DNA from: Octopus vulgaris
Taxonomy: Eukaryota
Reading direction: 5' to 3'
Length of the DNA stretch: 64,000 nt
Assembly (NCBI GenBank): GCA_951406725.2
Contig: OX597833.1
Span: 3,596,001 to 3,660,000, forward strand
Positions 1 to 12,060 of the stretch are shown one piece after another. Each line of letters starts with the position of its first letter. Position 1 is the first letter of the stretch. A program made the position numbers and the translations under genes. The notes beneath the pieces were generated by a model. It searched no databases. It worked only from the letters and a program-made list of their open reading frames with translations, and was not told the origin of the DNA.

Positions 1-592
1 AAAAAAACATATATATATATAGATATATATATAAACTGGAAATAAAAAAATTTGTCATGCACATATGTAATGAAATGGAAAAAATACCTAAGGATAAATT
101 ATATTTCTCATCTCCACCCGGGTAGCACATTTGATGTATCTATCTTTTTATGGTTTACTTGTTTCAGTCATTAGACTGTGACCATGCTGGGGCAGCGCAT
201 TGAAGAAATTTTAATTAAACAAATCAACCTCAGTAGTTATTAATTTTTGTGAAAAGCCTGGTACTTATTCTGTTGATTACCTTCGCCAAACTGCTAAGTT
301 ACAGGGACATAAACACACCAATGCTGGTTATTAAGTGGTTGGGGGGGACAAACACAGATGTATGTGTGTGTGTGCACAGGCATGGCAATGTGGTTAAAAA
401 ATCTCACATTGGCGCAGGAATGGTCGTGTGGTAAGAAGCTTGCCTCTCAACCACATGGTTCTGGGTTCAATCCTACTGCGTGGTCCTTTACTTTAGCCTT
501 GGGCCAACAAAAGCCTTGTGAGTAGATTTGGTAGACGGAAACTGAAAGAAGCCCATCATTTATATAAATATGTGTGTATATTTATATAAATA

Positions 593-990
593 GGCGCAGG
601 AGTGGCTGTGTGGTAAGAAGCTTCCTAACCAACCACATGGTTCCGGGTTCAGTCCCACTGCGTAGCACTTTGGGCAAGTATCTTCTACTATAGCCTCGGG
701 CCGACCAAAGCCTTGTGAGTGGATTTGGTAGACGGAAACTGAAAGAAGCCCGTCGTATATATGTATATATATATATATATACGTGTGTGTCAGTGTGTTT
801 GTCCCCCTAGCATTGCTTGACAACCGATGCTGGTGTGTTAATGTCTCCGTTACTTAGCGGTTCGGCAAAAGAGACCGATAGAATAAGTACTGGGCTTACA
901 AAAGAATAAGTCCCGGGGTCGAGTTGCTCGATTAAAGGCGGTGCTCCAGCATGGCAGCAGTCAAATGACTGAAACAAGTAAAAGAGTAAA
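593..990 (+). mobile_element. tRNA-derived SINE, family A (full length; partial copies at 160-560 and 1010-1150)
   Basis: Head GGCGCAGGAGTGGCTGTGTGGTAAG with B-box-like GGTTCAGTCCC, internal (TA)n/(TG)n, tail ...GACTGAAACAAGTAAAAGAG; many copies in the window. Confidence 0.85.
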
Positions 991-1566
991 GAGTGCCCCC
1001 CCCCCCCACTATCGCTTGACAACTGATGGTGTGTTTACGTTTCCATAACTTAGTGGTTTGGCAAAAGAGACCGATAGAATATGTGTATTAGGCTTACAAT
1101 GAATAGGTCCTGGGGTTGATTTGTTCGACTAACGGCAGTCCTCCAGCACCACGCCAGATATTTTAACAATTTTCTTTTTTAAACAATTCTGAATAATGTC
1201 AGCATGGACAACAGACGTGTGATGATGATAAAAATATATTAGGATCTTTTTAAACATGAGGGCCCATCTGAGTAGGGTAGAAATCAAAAGGGTTCATAGG
1301 TAAAAAAAAAAATGATTGAGAACTAGGGGTTTGGAGTATGATAGAAGGACAGAAATGGGTGTCTAAAGGAGAGACATGGCTACCCCAGTTGGAAAAGGAG
1401 AAAAGATGGTGAAGAAGTGAGAGGATACCCATAAGTTTCAGGAAGATGAATATAAGGGGTCCAGAGGATTGGACTGGATCAATGAGGAAGTATGGTCACG
1501 AGGGTGGCAGAGGGATGGAATTGGTGATAAGAGGTGAATGCAGGGTAATAATAATAAAAAGATTAA

Positions 1567-1661
1567 CCCTTTTGTTGCCAGATTATTCTGTCAGATGCTT
1601 GTTTGAACTTAAAATGGGTGGACAATTTTGGCTGGATAAGGCTGGATTAAATGCTAAAGGG
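1567..1661. mobile_element. piggyBac-like MITE
   Basis: TTAA|CCCTTT...AAAGGG|TTAA: TTAA duplication and short inverted termini. Confidence 0.55.
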
Positions 1662-2214
1662 TTAAAGTGAGTACCCGGGTGGACATGAGAAACATAAATC
1701 TCTTTTATTCTTAGAGAAACAAAAAACAAAAACACAAAAGTAGTGCACCATCTAGAAACTGTGTAATACAAATATCTAAATTTGTGGTTCTATACAACCC
1801 ACATCTGCTCAGAAAATTGCACATGAAAGGGAGAAAAGGGGCAGAATATTTTTTCTGCTCTTAGTTACAAACGCCAGAAAGTAAGACATGATCACATGCA
1901 AGCCAACAAGGGAACTTCAAAGTGGTCTGTTGACATGCTAGAAATGGCAGTAATATCTCCTTCAAATCACATCCTATTGTTTTAAAAGAGGAAAGGAAGA
2001 GAAATTGAATGAAGTGTCTTAGATATATATATATATAAAAAGATGGGATGGTCATGGTGGGAACACTTTTGATTCTGCTTAGCAGTATTTCATGTGTTTA
2101 CATTCTGGGTTCAAATTAACAGCATTTGAACTCAGAACATAAACAGCTGGACAAAGAACCACTGACCATCTGGTCCAGTGCACTAATTGCTGCCTTAACG
2201 ATAATTATAATAAT

Positions 2215-2875
2215 CCTTTCTACTGGAAGCACATTGTCTCAAATCTGGGGGAAGGGATTAAGTCGATTACATTGACCCCAGCACGTAACTGGTACTTAAT
2301 TTATCAACCCCGAAAGGATGAAAGGCAAAGTCGACCTCGGCAAAATTTGAACTCAGATCGTAGCAACGGGCGAAATGCCATTAAGTATTTCGTCCAACAT
2401 ACTAACGATTCTACCAGCTCACCACCTTAATATTAATAATAATAATAATGATATGGGCCCCACCTGCAAGGTCATGTGCTGTTTATCTTGATATGAGATC
2501 ACCATGTCGTGCACATGTGGTTGTGATGCATATGCCTGGTGTACCCTTATGAGACGGGTAGTCATGATGGGTATACTGGGTTTCGTATATTTTACCCCAG
2601 TGTCACTTTGATGGCATACACTGCTCTCTCATTCAATAATAATAATAATAATAATATTAATTTCTGTTGGAAGCACAAAGCCTCAAATTTTGGGGAAGGG
2701 ATTAAGTCGATTACATCGACCCCAGTGCATAACTGTTACTAGTTTTATCAACCCCAAAAGGATGAAAGGCAAAGTCGACCTCTGTGGAATTTGAACTCAG
2801 AACATGATGGCAGATGAAATACTGCTAAGCATTTTGCCCGGTGTGCTAACGATTCTGCCAGCTCGCTACCCTAAA
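2215..2875 (-). mobile_element. Two SINE family B copies (about 2215-2430 and 2660-2875)
   Basis: Reverse complement of the family B core GCCTTTCATCCTTTCGGGGTCGATAAATTAAGTACC and of the head GGYGGYGAGCTGGCAGAA. Confidence 0.75.
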
Positions 2876-3254
2876 CCATAATAATAATTATGATAATTTC
2901 TTGCATAGGGACAAAGTGGGTCAAGTGGGGAGAGAAGAATCAATAATTTTAGCCTTTGTCTTTGATTGGTTCTCTATTTTGTTGACCCAGCAAGGATGAA
3001 AGACAATGTCTACCCTAGAAGAATTTGAAATGAGAATGTGAAGGAAGGTAAGTAAATACCACAAGGTATTTCATCTCGTGTCTAACTGTTTCTGCCATCT
3101 AGCACACTAAAAGTAAAAATAATAATAATGATAATAATGATGATAATAAATACTAAGTTATACTAACATGGCTGAATGGGGGAAGATGAAGAAAATATAA
3201 GATGAGGAAATGAAAAAAGAAGTTTAGGGGGTTTAGGCACACACAGGGGTAAGA

Positions 3255-5033
3255 TTAAGATGATGAATTGTGGATTTTAAGGTGTCTGTAGAGGTGGGAA
3301 GACTGGGAGAAGGCACGGTTGCAAATATCGCAGACATAAGGTCGCTTTTGTTCATGGATCAATAAATGTCTTGAGAGATTGGAGGAACGAGAGAAAGCTT
3401 TGTTACAAATTTCACACTGATATGGTTTCTCGCCCGAATGGGTCCTTAAATGGATCGACAAGTTGGATGACTGGGAAAAAGATTTGTCGCAGACCAAACA
3501 ACGGAATGGTTTCTCTCCAGAGTGAGTTTTCATGTGACGCGATAAATGAGAGGAATCTGTGAAAGCTTTGTTGCAAAGTTCACACCTGAAGAGTTTCTCG
3601 CTTGAATGAGTCTTCATGTGAAGCGCCATTGCTGAAGCTTCCAAGAAACTTTGGTTGCAGAAACCACACAAATAAGGTTTTCTTTCAGGTATTTCTTCTG
3701 AAGAATACAGAATTTGGTTGCTGTTGTTGTTGTTGTTGCTGAAAAACATGTTGGTACGGGGAGATTTCAAGACATTTTCATTACACTTGCCACAAGGATA
3801 GTTTGGTGAAGGCGCTTTGATCTTTGGCTCCGCCAGATGCTGATTATGTATCTTTTGATGTCTGGTAAGATGTGAAGATTGTGAGAAAGACTTCTGGCAA
3901 ATGGTACAGGTAAATGGTTTTTCTTCAGAATGGACTTTGATGTGTCTAGACAAGTTGGAAGAGCGTGAAAATGATTTGTCACAGATTTCGCAGGTGAATG
4001 GTTTCTCACCAGAATGACTACGTAAATGAATCGACAGATTGGAAGACTGGGAAAATGCTTTCTCACACACGTGGCACACGTAAGGTTTCTCCTCGTAGTG
4101 TGTCCGCATGTGCCGCGCCAGGTGAGAAGACTGCAAGAAGGCGCGGTCACATATATTACAGACAAACGGTCTTTCTGCTGTGTGAATTTTGATATGACGA
4201 GAAAGACTTGAAGAACGTGAGAAGCCCTTTTTGCAAATGTCACATTTGAATGGCTCCTCACCTGTGTGTAAGCGAGAGTGGAGAGAAAGGTGTTCGGCTC
4301 GGAAGAATGCTTTGCCACAGGTGGGACAGAAAAATGGTTTCACCTCAAAATGGATCCGCAAGTGGCGGGTTAGATGTGACGACTGCAAGAATGCTTTGTT
4401 GCAAACCTGGCAGACATGGGATTTCTCCTGTGTATGAATCTTCATGTGGCGGGACAAATTCGAAGAGCGCGAGAACGACTTGGCACACATATCACATTTG
4501 AATGGTTCCGTTCCAGAATGGATGCGGAGATGAATGGACAAGTTGGAGGTCTGAGAGAACGTCTTGTGACAATATTCACATGAATAAGGCCGATCTTTCG
4601 AATGGATGCGTAGATGCCGTGTTAGATGAGACGACTGGGAAAAAGCTTTGTGGCAAATCTCACAGACATAAGGACGTTCGGCAGTATGGATTTTATGGTG
4701 CCGAGACAGATTGGAAGAACGAGAAAACGCTTTCTTGCAGATCTTACACACATATGGTTTTTCCCCAGAATGGGTTTTCATGTGGTTTGACAAATGTGAA
4801 GATTGCACAAAAGCTTTATTGCAAATGTCGCAAGCATATGGCCGACTGGCATCATATACTTGTATGGAGATCCCTTTTGTGGTACCATTCTTCTTCAGAA
4901 TATGGTTAGGTAACCAGGCCTTGATCAAATCATCAGTTAAGTTGTGAAAGCTCTTTTGGTGCAGAATGAACTCATCCTCTTCAGCAAAGATTATCATACA
5001 ACTGGAGCACTCGTATGCTCTGATATCAGCCAT
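3255..5033 (-). CDS. C2H2 zinc-finger protein, 592 aa, 18 intact fingers (1 + 12 + 5) and one degenerate finger; single coding exon
   Basis: Repeated CxxC-x12-HxxxH with TGEKP-like linkers; in-frame TGA three codons upstream of the ATG supports the start; polypyrimidine+CAG acceptor at 5119-5142 (-) implies a 5'-UTR intron. Confidence 0.95.
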   Translation of the reverse strand: MADIRAYECSSCMIIFAEEDEFILHQKSFHNLTDDLIKAWLPNHILKKNGTTKGISIQVYDASRPYACDICNKAFVQSSHLSNHMKTHSGEKPYVCKICKKAFSRSSNLSRHHKIHTAERPYVCEICHKAFSQSSHLTRHLRIHSKDRPYSCEYCHKTFSQTSNLSIHLRIHSGTEPFKCDMCAKSFSRSSNLSRHMKIHTQEKSHVCQVCNKAFLQSSHLTRHLRIHFEVKPFFCPTCGKAFFRAEHLSLHSRLHTGEEPFKCDICKKGFSRSSSLSRHIKIHTAERPFVCNICDRAFLQSSHLARHMRTHYEEKPYVCHVCEKAFSQSSNLSIHLRSHSGEKPFTCEICDKSFSRSSNLSRHIKVHSEEKPFTCTICQKSFSQSSHLTRHQKIHNQHLAEPKIKAPSPNYPCGKCNENVLKSPRTNMFFSNNNNNSNQILYSSEEIPERKPYLCGFCNQSFLEASAMALHMKTHSSEKLFRCELCNKAFTDSSHLSRHMKTHSGEKPFRCLVCDKSFSQSSNLSIHLRTHSGEKPYQCEICNKAFSRSSNLSRHLLIHEQKRPYVCDICNRAFSQSSHLYRHLKIHNSSS

Positions 5034-5118
5034 GATAACTCAATGTGGACACACCAACCTTCAATCTTTAAGATTCGCTGATCATCTCAACAGATTATGG
5101 TTCACCATTCTGAACAGC

Positions 5119-5142
5119 CTGCAAATAGAAAGAGAGAAAGAG
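5119..5142 (-). other. Splice acceptor of the zinc-finger gene 5'-UTR intron (exon begins at 5118)
   Basis: Minus strand reads ctctttctctctttctatttgcAG|gctgttc. Confidence 0.75.
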
Positions 5143-5198
5143 TTCCTTATTACAGTGTTAATGTATGATCTCTAAGTATTCTTACATATACATACATC

Positions 5199-5552
5199 AG
5201 GAGTGTGTAACAACTTACCTGCCGAATCGACCGGCCCCGAAAATGGATGGCGCTGGAGCAAGCGACCGATGCCGGACCAGCCAGGCGACAGGTTGTGTGA
5301 TCGCTGGCGAGGCGACTTACCGATGCCTGGTCGAGTAGGAGGGTGCCACGGCGTGCATGGAAGCCGCGGGTGCGAGCCCGGGTGAAGCCGACCACGGGTG
5401 CAGATCTCGGTGGTAGTAGCAAATATTCGAACGAGACCTTCGAAGACTGAAGTGGAGAAGGGTTCTGTGCCAATAGCAGTCGAGCACGGGTCAGTCGGTC
5501 CTAAGGAGCGGGCAAAAACTTCCACGAAAGGCACCAGATCCGTCGAACGTAG
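5199..5552 (+). pseudogene. Dispersed 28S (LSU) rRNA fragment, about 350 bp
   Basis: Conserved eukaryotic LSU motifs in order: GGAGTGTGTAACAACTTACCTGCCGAATC, GAAAATGGATGGCGCTGGAGC, GGTGCAGATCTCGGTGGTAGTAGCAAATATTC, GAAGTGGAGAAGGGTT, GGGTCAGTCGGTCCTAAG; no flanking rDNA. Confidence 0.92.
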
Positions 5553-5554
5553 CA

Positions 5555-5668
5555 GGGGCAAGCATGGCTGTGTGGTAGGAAGCATACTTCTCAACCACAT
5601 GGTTCTAAGTTCAGTCCCATTGTGTGGAACCTTGGGCAAGTATCTTCTACTACAGCCTCGGGTCGACT
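5555..5668 (+). mobile_element. SINE family A head (3'-truncated)
   Basis: GCATGGCTGTGTGGTAGGAAGC...GTTCAGTCCC...CCTTGGGCAAGTATCTTCTAC. Confidence 0.8.
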
Positions 5669-5739
5669 GAATTTAGTACAATTCTACCATTTCACTGGCT
5701 CAAACTGGTACTTTTAAATCAACCCCTAAAAAGACATCC

Positions 5740-5965
5740 TTAACCCTTTTGATACCAACCTGCCTGAAACCGCCCCTGGCTCTGTAGTACAAATGTCTTG
5801 TTTTCATAAGTTCTGAATTAAAATCTTCCACCAAACCTTAGTCAGAATTTATGTTCCTAACACAAGCTTAATGATAATGAAGTTACTTTACTAAATTCTT
5901 TGTTATATTTGAAATTAATTGAAAGAAACACAGAGCATCTCAACAGAAATATGGTAACAAAATGC
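5740..5965. mobile_element. piggyBac-like MITE; related pieces at about 14350-14546 (inverted) and 56110-56210
   Basis: Starts TTAA CCCTTT; shares CTTCCACCAAA / CTAAATTCTT blocks with the other copies. Confidence 0.5.
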
Positions 5966-6720
5966 AGTGAGTCAAAACAAATACCGCAAAACATCCTGTC
6001 TGATGCTCCAACGACTCTACCTAATCACCCACCATCTTATTTCATGCAGGTTTACATTTAACATTTCAACAGAATCATGTACACACTTCACTCCACTCAT
6101 AACATGTGGCACTTCCTTTCCTCCTACCATTTTCCACTGCCACCACCACCACAACCACTCCACCTCTGCTGCTGCCACTGCCTACACAACCACCACTACC
6201 ACTGTTCTTTTAACATCTACTTTCCTATACTTGCATGAGTCAGATGAGAGTACAGAGAGGCAGAGTTTCCCCAAACCGGATGCCCTTCCTGCTGCCAACT
6301 TGCATTTGACACAAGAGGCCCAGACATAGCACCAAATAGCACCAACAGCGAAGCCATTATTTACAATCAGCAAATGAACACAAGAGAAGATGAAGAAAAT
6401 ACCAACTTTCACAACTGATAAAATAAATATCGGGCATTCAAAAGAATCGATTCAAATGACTATATCTTTTCCTTGCAAATGTGTGGCCTTTGCAAATAAC
6501 ACCAGCACCATTATTCTTATCGACGTTCCGTATATAACTAAACTATCTTCAACAATACAAGATCTTTAACAGTAATCTGATCATTCGGATTTTAAGCAAA
6601 TTAGAAACATTATGGATTTACAATATCTTATATATTCTAAAATCGCTTTTAAAAACTAAGGACTAAATTTTTGTACATTTTTAGTATATTCTTAACATAT
6701 TTATATATATTTATATATAT

Positions 6721-7135
6721 GGCGGCGAGCTGGCAGAAACGTTAGCACGCCGGGCGAAATGCGTAGCCGTATTTCGTCTGCCGTTACGTCCTGAGTTCAA
6801 ATTCCGTCGAGGTCGACTTTGCCTTTCATCCTTTCGGGGTCGATAAATTAAGTACCAGTTACGCGTTGGGGTCGATGTAATCGACTTAATCCGTTTGTCT
6901 GTCCTTGTTTGTCCTCTCTGTGTTTAGCCCCTTGTGGGTAATAAAGAAATAGGTATTTCGTCTGCCATTACATTCTGAGTTCAAATTCTGCCGAGGTCGA
7001 CTTTGCCTTTCATCCTTTCGGGGTCGATAAATTAAGTACCAGTTACGCGTTGGGGTCGATGTAATCGACTTAATCCGTTTGTCTGTCCTTGTTTGTTACC
7101 TCTGTGTTTAGCCCCTTGTGGATAGTAAACAAATA
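6721..7135 (+). mobile_element. SINE family B with tandemly duplicated body (core resembles the Meta-SINE domain)
   Basis: GGCGGCGAGCTGGCAGAAACGTTAG head followed by two near-identical copies of GTATTTCGTCTGCC...GCCTTTCATCCTTTCGGGGTCGATAAATTAAGTACC...AGCCCCTTGTGG. Confidence 0.85.
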
Positions 7136-7599
7136 TATATATATTTTTAATGTATTTTGGGTATGTTTATATATCTTTATTCTTTTACTTGTTTCAGTTA
7201 TTTGACTGCGGCCATGCTGGAGCACCACCTTTAGTCAAGCAAATCGATCCCAGGACTTATTCTTTGTAACCCTAGTACTTATTCCATTGGCTCCTTTTTG
7301 CCGAACTGCTAAGTTACGGGGATGTAAACACACTAGCATCGGTTGTCAAGCGATGATGGGGGGACAAACACAGGCACACAAACATATACACACATACATA
7401 ACAAAGTAGACACTGGGGTATGATTCAGTCCTCTTGGATTCGTTGGATCTTGTCAAACTATGATCCATACCAGCATGGAATATGGACATTAAAAGATGAT
7501 GATGATGATGGTAGTGGTGGTGGTGGTGGTGCTCAGAAATTGTTAGTACATACCTAGTTTTAGATTTGTTTTTCTTTTTAACATTTTCCTCTATTGCAG

Positions 7600-7717
7600 A
7601 ACCGCGTGGAGCTTAGGTGTTTCACTCATAAACACACACATCGCCCGGTCTGAGATTCGAACCTGCGTTCCCTGGACCGCGAGTCCACTCCTCTAACCAC
7701 TAGGCCATGTACCTCAA
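7600..7717 (-). mobile_element. tRNA-derived SINE family D head
   Basis: Minus strand ACATGGCCTAGTGGTTAGAG...GGTTCGAATCTC (A and B boxes); fuller copies at 36650-36910 and 55130-55423. Confidence 0.75.
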
Positions 7718-7944
7718 TAGCTTACTTTACTAAAATATAATCTACTTTATTACACTTGGAGGAAAGACACTATAGTACTTTGGAAAGTTAAATAAATGTT
7801 CCATGGTGATATAGGTGTGGAACCACCATTATCGTGTAAGTGCATCTGTGCATCATCATTTAACATTTGCTTTCCATGCTGTCATGGGTTGGAATGAAGA
7901 AAAGAATAGTGTAGTGTGGTACAGAACATCTTGTGTGTACACCT

Positions 7945-8330
7945 AGGCGCAGGAGTGGCTGAGTGGTAAGTAGCTTGCTTACCAACCACATGGTTCTGGG
8001 TTCAGTCCCACTGCGTAGTACCTTGGGCAAGTGTCTTCTACTATAGCCTCAGGCCGACCAAAGCCTTGTGATTGGATTTGGCAGACGAAAACTGAAAGAA
8101 GCCCGTCGTATATGTTTGTGTGTGTGTGTGTTTGTCCCCACCACCATTGCTTGACAACCGATGTTGGTGTGTTTATGTCCCTGTAAGTCAGCAGTTCAGC
8201 AAACGACACCGATAGAATAAGTACTAGGTTTACAAAGAATAAGTCCTGGGGCCGATTTGTTCGACTAAAGGTGGTGCTCCAGCATGGCCGCAATCAAATG
8301 ACTGTAACAAATAAGAGAATAAAAGAGTAC
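7945..8330 (+). mobile_element. SINE family A, full length
   Basis: Family A head and tail. Confidence 0.85.
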
Positions 8331-8547
8331 GCAGACACATGACTCTTCCTGTTATGTTTAGAGTTCCACATGGATTTATGATATTCCAATGTTATTCTTT
8401 TATTCTTATTCTTTTTTGTTTCTCTGTTCTGTCTGACCTTGTGCTGTCCACTCCGTGTTTCGGGCCTTTGTGCCTAATAAAGAGTTAATTCTTTTACGTT
8501 TCAGTGTAATGGTTAAGTAACTTCTATAATAATTAGTATTAATAGTT

Positions 8548-8920
8548 TACTCTTTTACTTGTTTCAGTCATTTGACCGCGGCCATGCTGGAGCACCGCCT
8601 TTAGTCAAGCAAATCGACCCCGGGACTTATTCTTTGTAAGCCCAGTACTTATTCTATCAGTCTTTTTTGCCAAACCGCTAAGTGACGGGGACGTAAACAC
8701 ACCAGCATCGGTTGTCAAGCAATGCTAGGGGGACAAACACAGACACACATACATATATACGACAGGCTTCTTTCAGTTTCCGTCTACCAAATCCACTCAC
8801 AAGGCATTGGTCGGCCCGAGGCTATAGCAGAAGACACTTGCCCAAGATGCCACGCAGTGGGACTGAACCCGGAACCATGTGGTTTTTAGCAAGCTACTTA
8901 CCACACAGCCACTCCTATTA
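8548..8920 (-). mobile_element. SINE family A, full length
   Basis: Reverse complement of family A. Confidence 0.85.
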
Positions 8921-9167
8921 AGTTCCTTGATAATCTATTCTGGTTAAGCATCCAAATGGATTTACTTGGAACATCCAGTGCTGGGTTCCAAGCAACCAGA
9001 ATGGTGAGACATACACAGGAACTAATGATAGAAACTTGTGTTTATCTTAATCTCTCATATACATACCTATATATATATATATATATCATCATCATCATCA
9101 TCATCGTTTAGCGTCCATTTTCCATGCTAGCATGGGTTGGACTATATATATATATATATATATATAT

Positions 9168-9400
9168 ATTTCTTTACTGCCCACAAGGGGTTAAGCATAG
9201 AGGGGACAAACAAGGACAGACAAAGGGATTAAGTCAATTACATCGACCCCAGTGCGAAACTGGTACTTAATTTATCGACCCTGAAAGGATGAAAGGCAAA
9301 GTCGACCTCGGCGGAATTTGAACTCGGAACGTAATGACAGACGAAATACCGCGAAGCATTTCGCCCGGCATGCTAACGTTTCTGCCAGCTCGCCGCCTTA
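9168..9400 (-). mobile_element. SINE family B, full length, within (TA)n
   Basis: Reverse complement of family B. Confidence 0.85.
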
Positions 9401-9616
9401 TCTATCTATATATATATATATATATAGATATATATATATAACTCCAAGAAAGTTAGGGGTTGTGAGTCCAACCAACTAAGGGATAATATCTATCCAATAT
9501 ACTGCTGGTAGAATACCCAATTATTAATACACAAGTGCTTTTTATTGCATTGCAATTACATTACCTAGTGTACTAAATGGGTGAAGGTAAAGAGATATTT
9601 TACCATTAATTAATAG

Positions 9617-9886
9617 AGCAATAAAAACATGGAGGAGATCAATAGTTCGTTCATCAACTTTAGGACATTAAAAATGTTAACTTATTTATTTATAAAACTG
9701 ATAATTATAACATACATACATACATATAACATATTATTCTATGCATATCCTTATCTTATATGCATAGAATAATATGCTATATGTATGTATGTTATAATTA
9801 TCATTTTAATAAATAAATAAGTTAACATTTTTAATATCATAAAGTTGATGAACCAACTATTGATCTCCTCCATTTTCTTATTTGCT
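9617..9886. repeat. Foldback palindrome, arms about 130 bp
   Basis: GGAGGAGATCAATAGTT...TTCATCAACTTTA mirrored by TAAAGTTGATGAA...AACTATTGATCTCCTCC; centre about 9748-9757. Confidence 0.9.
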
Positions 9887-11654
9887 ATATATATATCTCA
9901 TCATCATAATCATCATCGTTTAACATCCGTTTTCCATGCTGACATGGGTTGGACAGTTAGTTTCACTAGGGACTGGCAAGCCAGAAAGCTGCACCAGGCC
10001 CCATATATAATAATAATAATCCTGGGATGGAATTTATAAACACTTACTGCATTGTTACATGCGTTTCCATAAATCTCTTAAGATCACGACACATATGTAT
10101 ATATGGTTGGTTAGTCCATGGTACTCTGTAAGGAGCATGGAGCCGGTTTCCTGGTTTCTCTGGTGTATATATTCCCCACCTGGAGAGGACGCTAGTCTAT
10201 CGCAGCATTACTCACTTTTGCCAGCTGAGTGGACAAAAGTGTCAAACACAAATAGTCAACACAATAAGTCATTTGACTGCAGCCATGCTGGAGCACCGCC
10301 TTTAGTCGAGCAAATCGACCCCGGGACTTATTCTTTGTAAGCCCAGTACTTATTCTATCGGTCTCTTTTGCCGAACTGCTAAGTGACGGGGACGTAAACA
10401 CACCAGCATCGGTTGTCAAGCAATGCTAGAGGGACAAACACAGACACACAACATGAAATGAAGTGTTTTACTCAAGAACACAACATACAGCCCGGTCCAC
10501 AGATTGAAACCACAATCTGAGGATCGTATGTCCAACACCCTAACCACTAGGCCACGTGCCACCACACACACAACCCATATATATATATGAAGCACCTCTG
10601 AAAGTCTTTCAATTCTAACAATTAAATTACATTTCTTTACAACCTAATCTGTCCATTTTGAAAGGACATGAAGCAAATGCGACAGTGGGTGGTGGAGCCA
10701 GGGAAGGGGCCACCACAGAAGCACAATTTATTGTTGCTGTTGTTGTTGTTGTGTTTGTTTCTGTTGCTTACAATTGCCACTTAAGTGAACCACTTCTGCA
10801 GCCACTTAAGATCCAATGAGAAAATGAAAATGGCCTGACCCCACAACTCCCTACTTAAAAATCTACAAACGTTGAATATGCAGATTTGGAAGTTTTCAAA
10901 AGAAAGCAACAACAACAACTACATCTGTGTGTCTGTGTGTCTTTGCACTGATGTTGGTTTTTCTTGTCCCCCCTTAACAAACTGGTCGGCAGCAGTTTGA
11001 CTTACAAAGATGTGGAATAAGATACCCGAACCCTTTAGCACAATTAGTCTGCAAGAGTCCTGCGTTGTTCCCACATAAAAAGCACTCATGCCAGTACCAT
11101 ATAAAAGTGTCCATGCAGTGCCACGTTAAAGCACCCAGCACATTCTGTAAAGTGGTTGGCGTCAGGAAGGGCATCCGGCCATAGAAACCCAGCCAAATTA
11201 GACTGAAGCCTGGTGTATCTCACCAGCTTGCCAGCCCTGGTCAAACCATCCAACCCATGCCAGCATGGACAACGGACGTGAAATGATGATGACGATTATT
11301 TTGTCAAATGTAATGCTTCTGTATTCACGTTGTTTTGAATTAATCGTGCATTCCTTATCTTGTAACTTCAAGAGTTCAATGATGTGATTGCTGTACTTTT
11401 AGGCTGATGCTGCAGAGTGGCCAGACATAGTAACACAGGGAACTAGACACAAGCAACACAGTTTCAATGTGCATTTTGTTTACAAAAATTGCTTAACAAG
11501 TCAAGACATGTAAAGAAACCAGATGTGCTTTTTTCACAGGACTATGAACACAGTCTCTATGGACAGGGAAGCTCTTTGTATGCAACCAATGATTGTATCT
11601 GTGAAGATGAGTGGCAAAATAAACTGACTTACATAAAGATTCACATATATTTAT

Positions 11655-11817
11655 AGGCGCAGACATGGCTGTGTGGTAAGTAGCTTGCTTTCCAACCACA
11701 TGGTTCCAGGATCAGTCCCACTGTGTGGCACCTTGGGCAGGCGTCTTCTACTATAGCCTAAGGCCGACCAAAGCCTTGTGAGTGGATTTGGTAGGCGGAA
11801 ACTGAAAGAAGCCCGTC

Positions 11818-11869
<52 letters not shown>

Positions 11870-12060
11870 ATATTTGTGTGTGTGTCTGTGCTTGTCTTCC
11901 CACCGTTGTTTGACAACCGATGCTGGTGTGTTTACGTCACCGTAACTTAGCGATTGAATAAGTACTAGGCTTACAAAGAATAAGTCCTGGAGTCGATTTG
12001 TTCGACTAAAGGCAGTGCTCCAGCATGGCCACAATCAAATGACTGAAACAAGTAAATGAA
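11655..12060 (+). mobile_element. SINE family A, full length
   Basis: Family A head and tail. Confidence 0.85.

Noticed and set aside
560-1022. Recurrent short ORFs such as YDGLLSVSVYQIHSQGFGRPEAIVEDTCP
   Set aside because: Translations of SINE family A found many times in the window
3371-4947. Antisense and alternate-frame ORFs over the zinc-finger gene
   Set aside because: Shadows of the repetitive coding frame
5199-5552. Functional rRNA gene
   Set aside because: Only a short internal segment with no rDNA unit around it
5150-5670. Several ORFs of 60-155 aa
   Set aside because: Translations of the 28S fragment and SINE head
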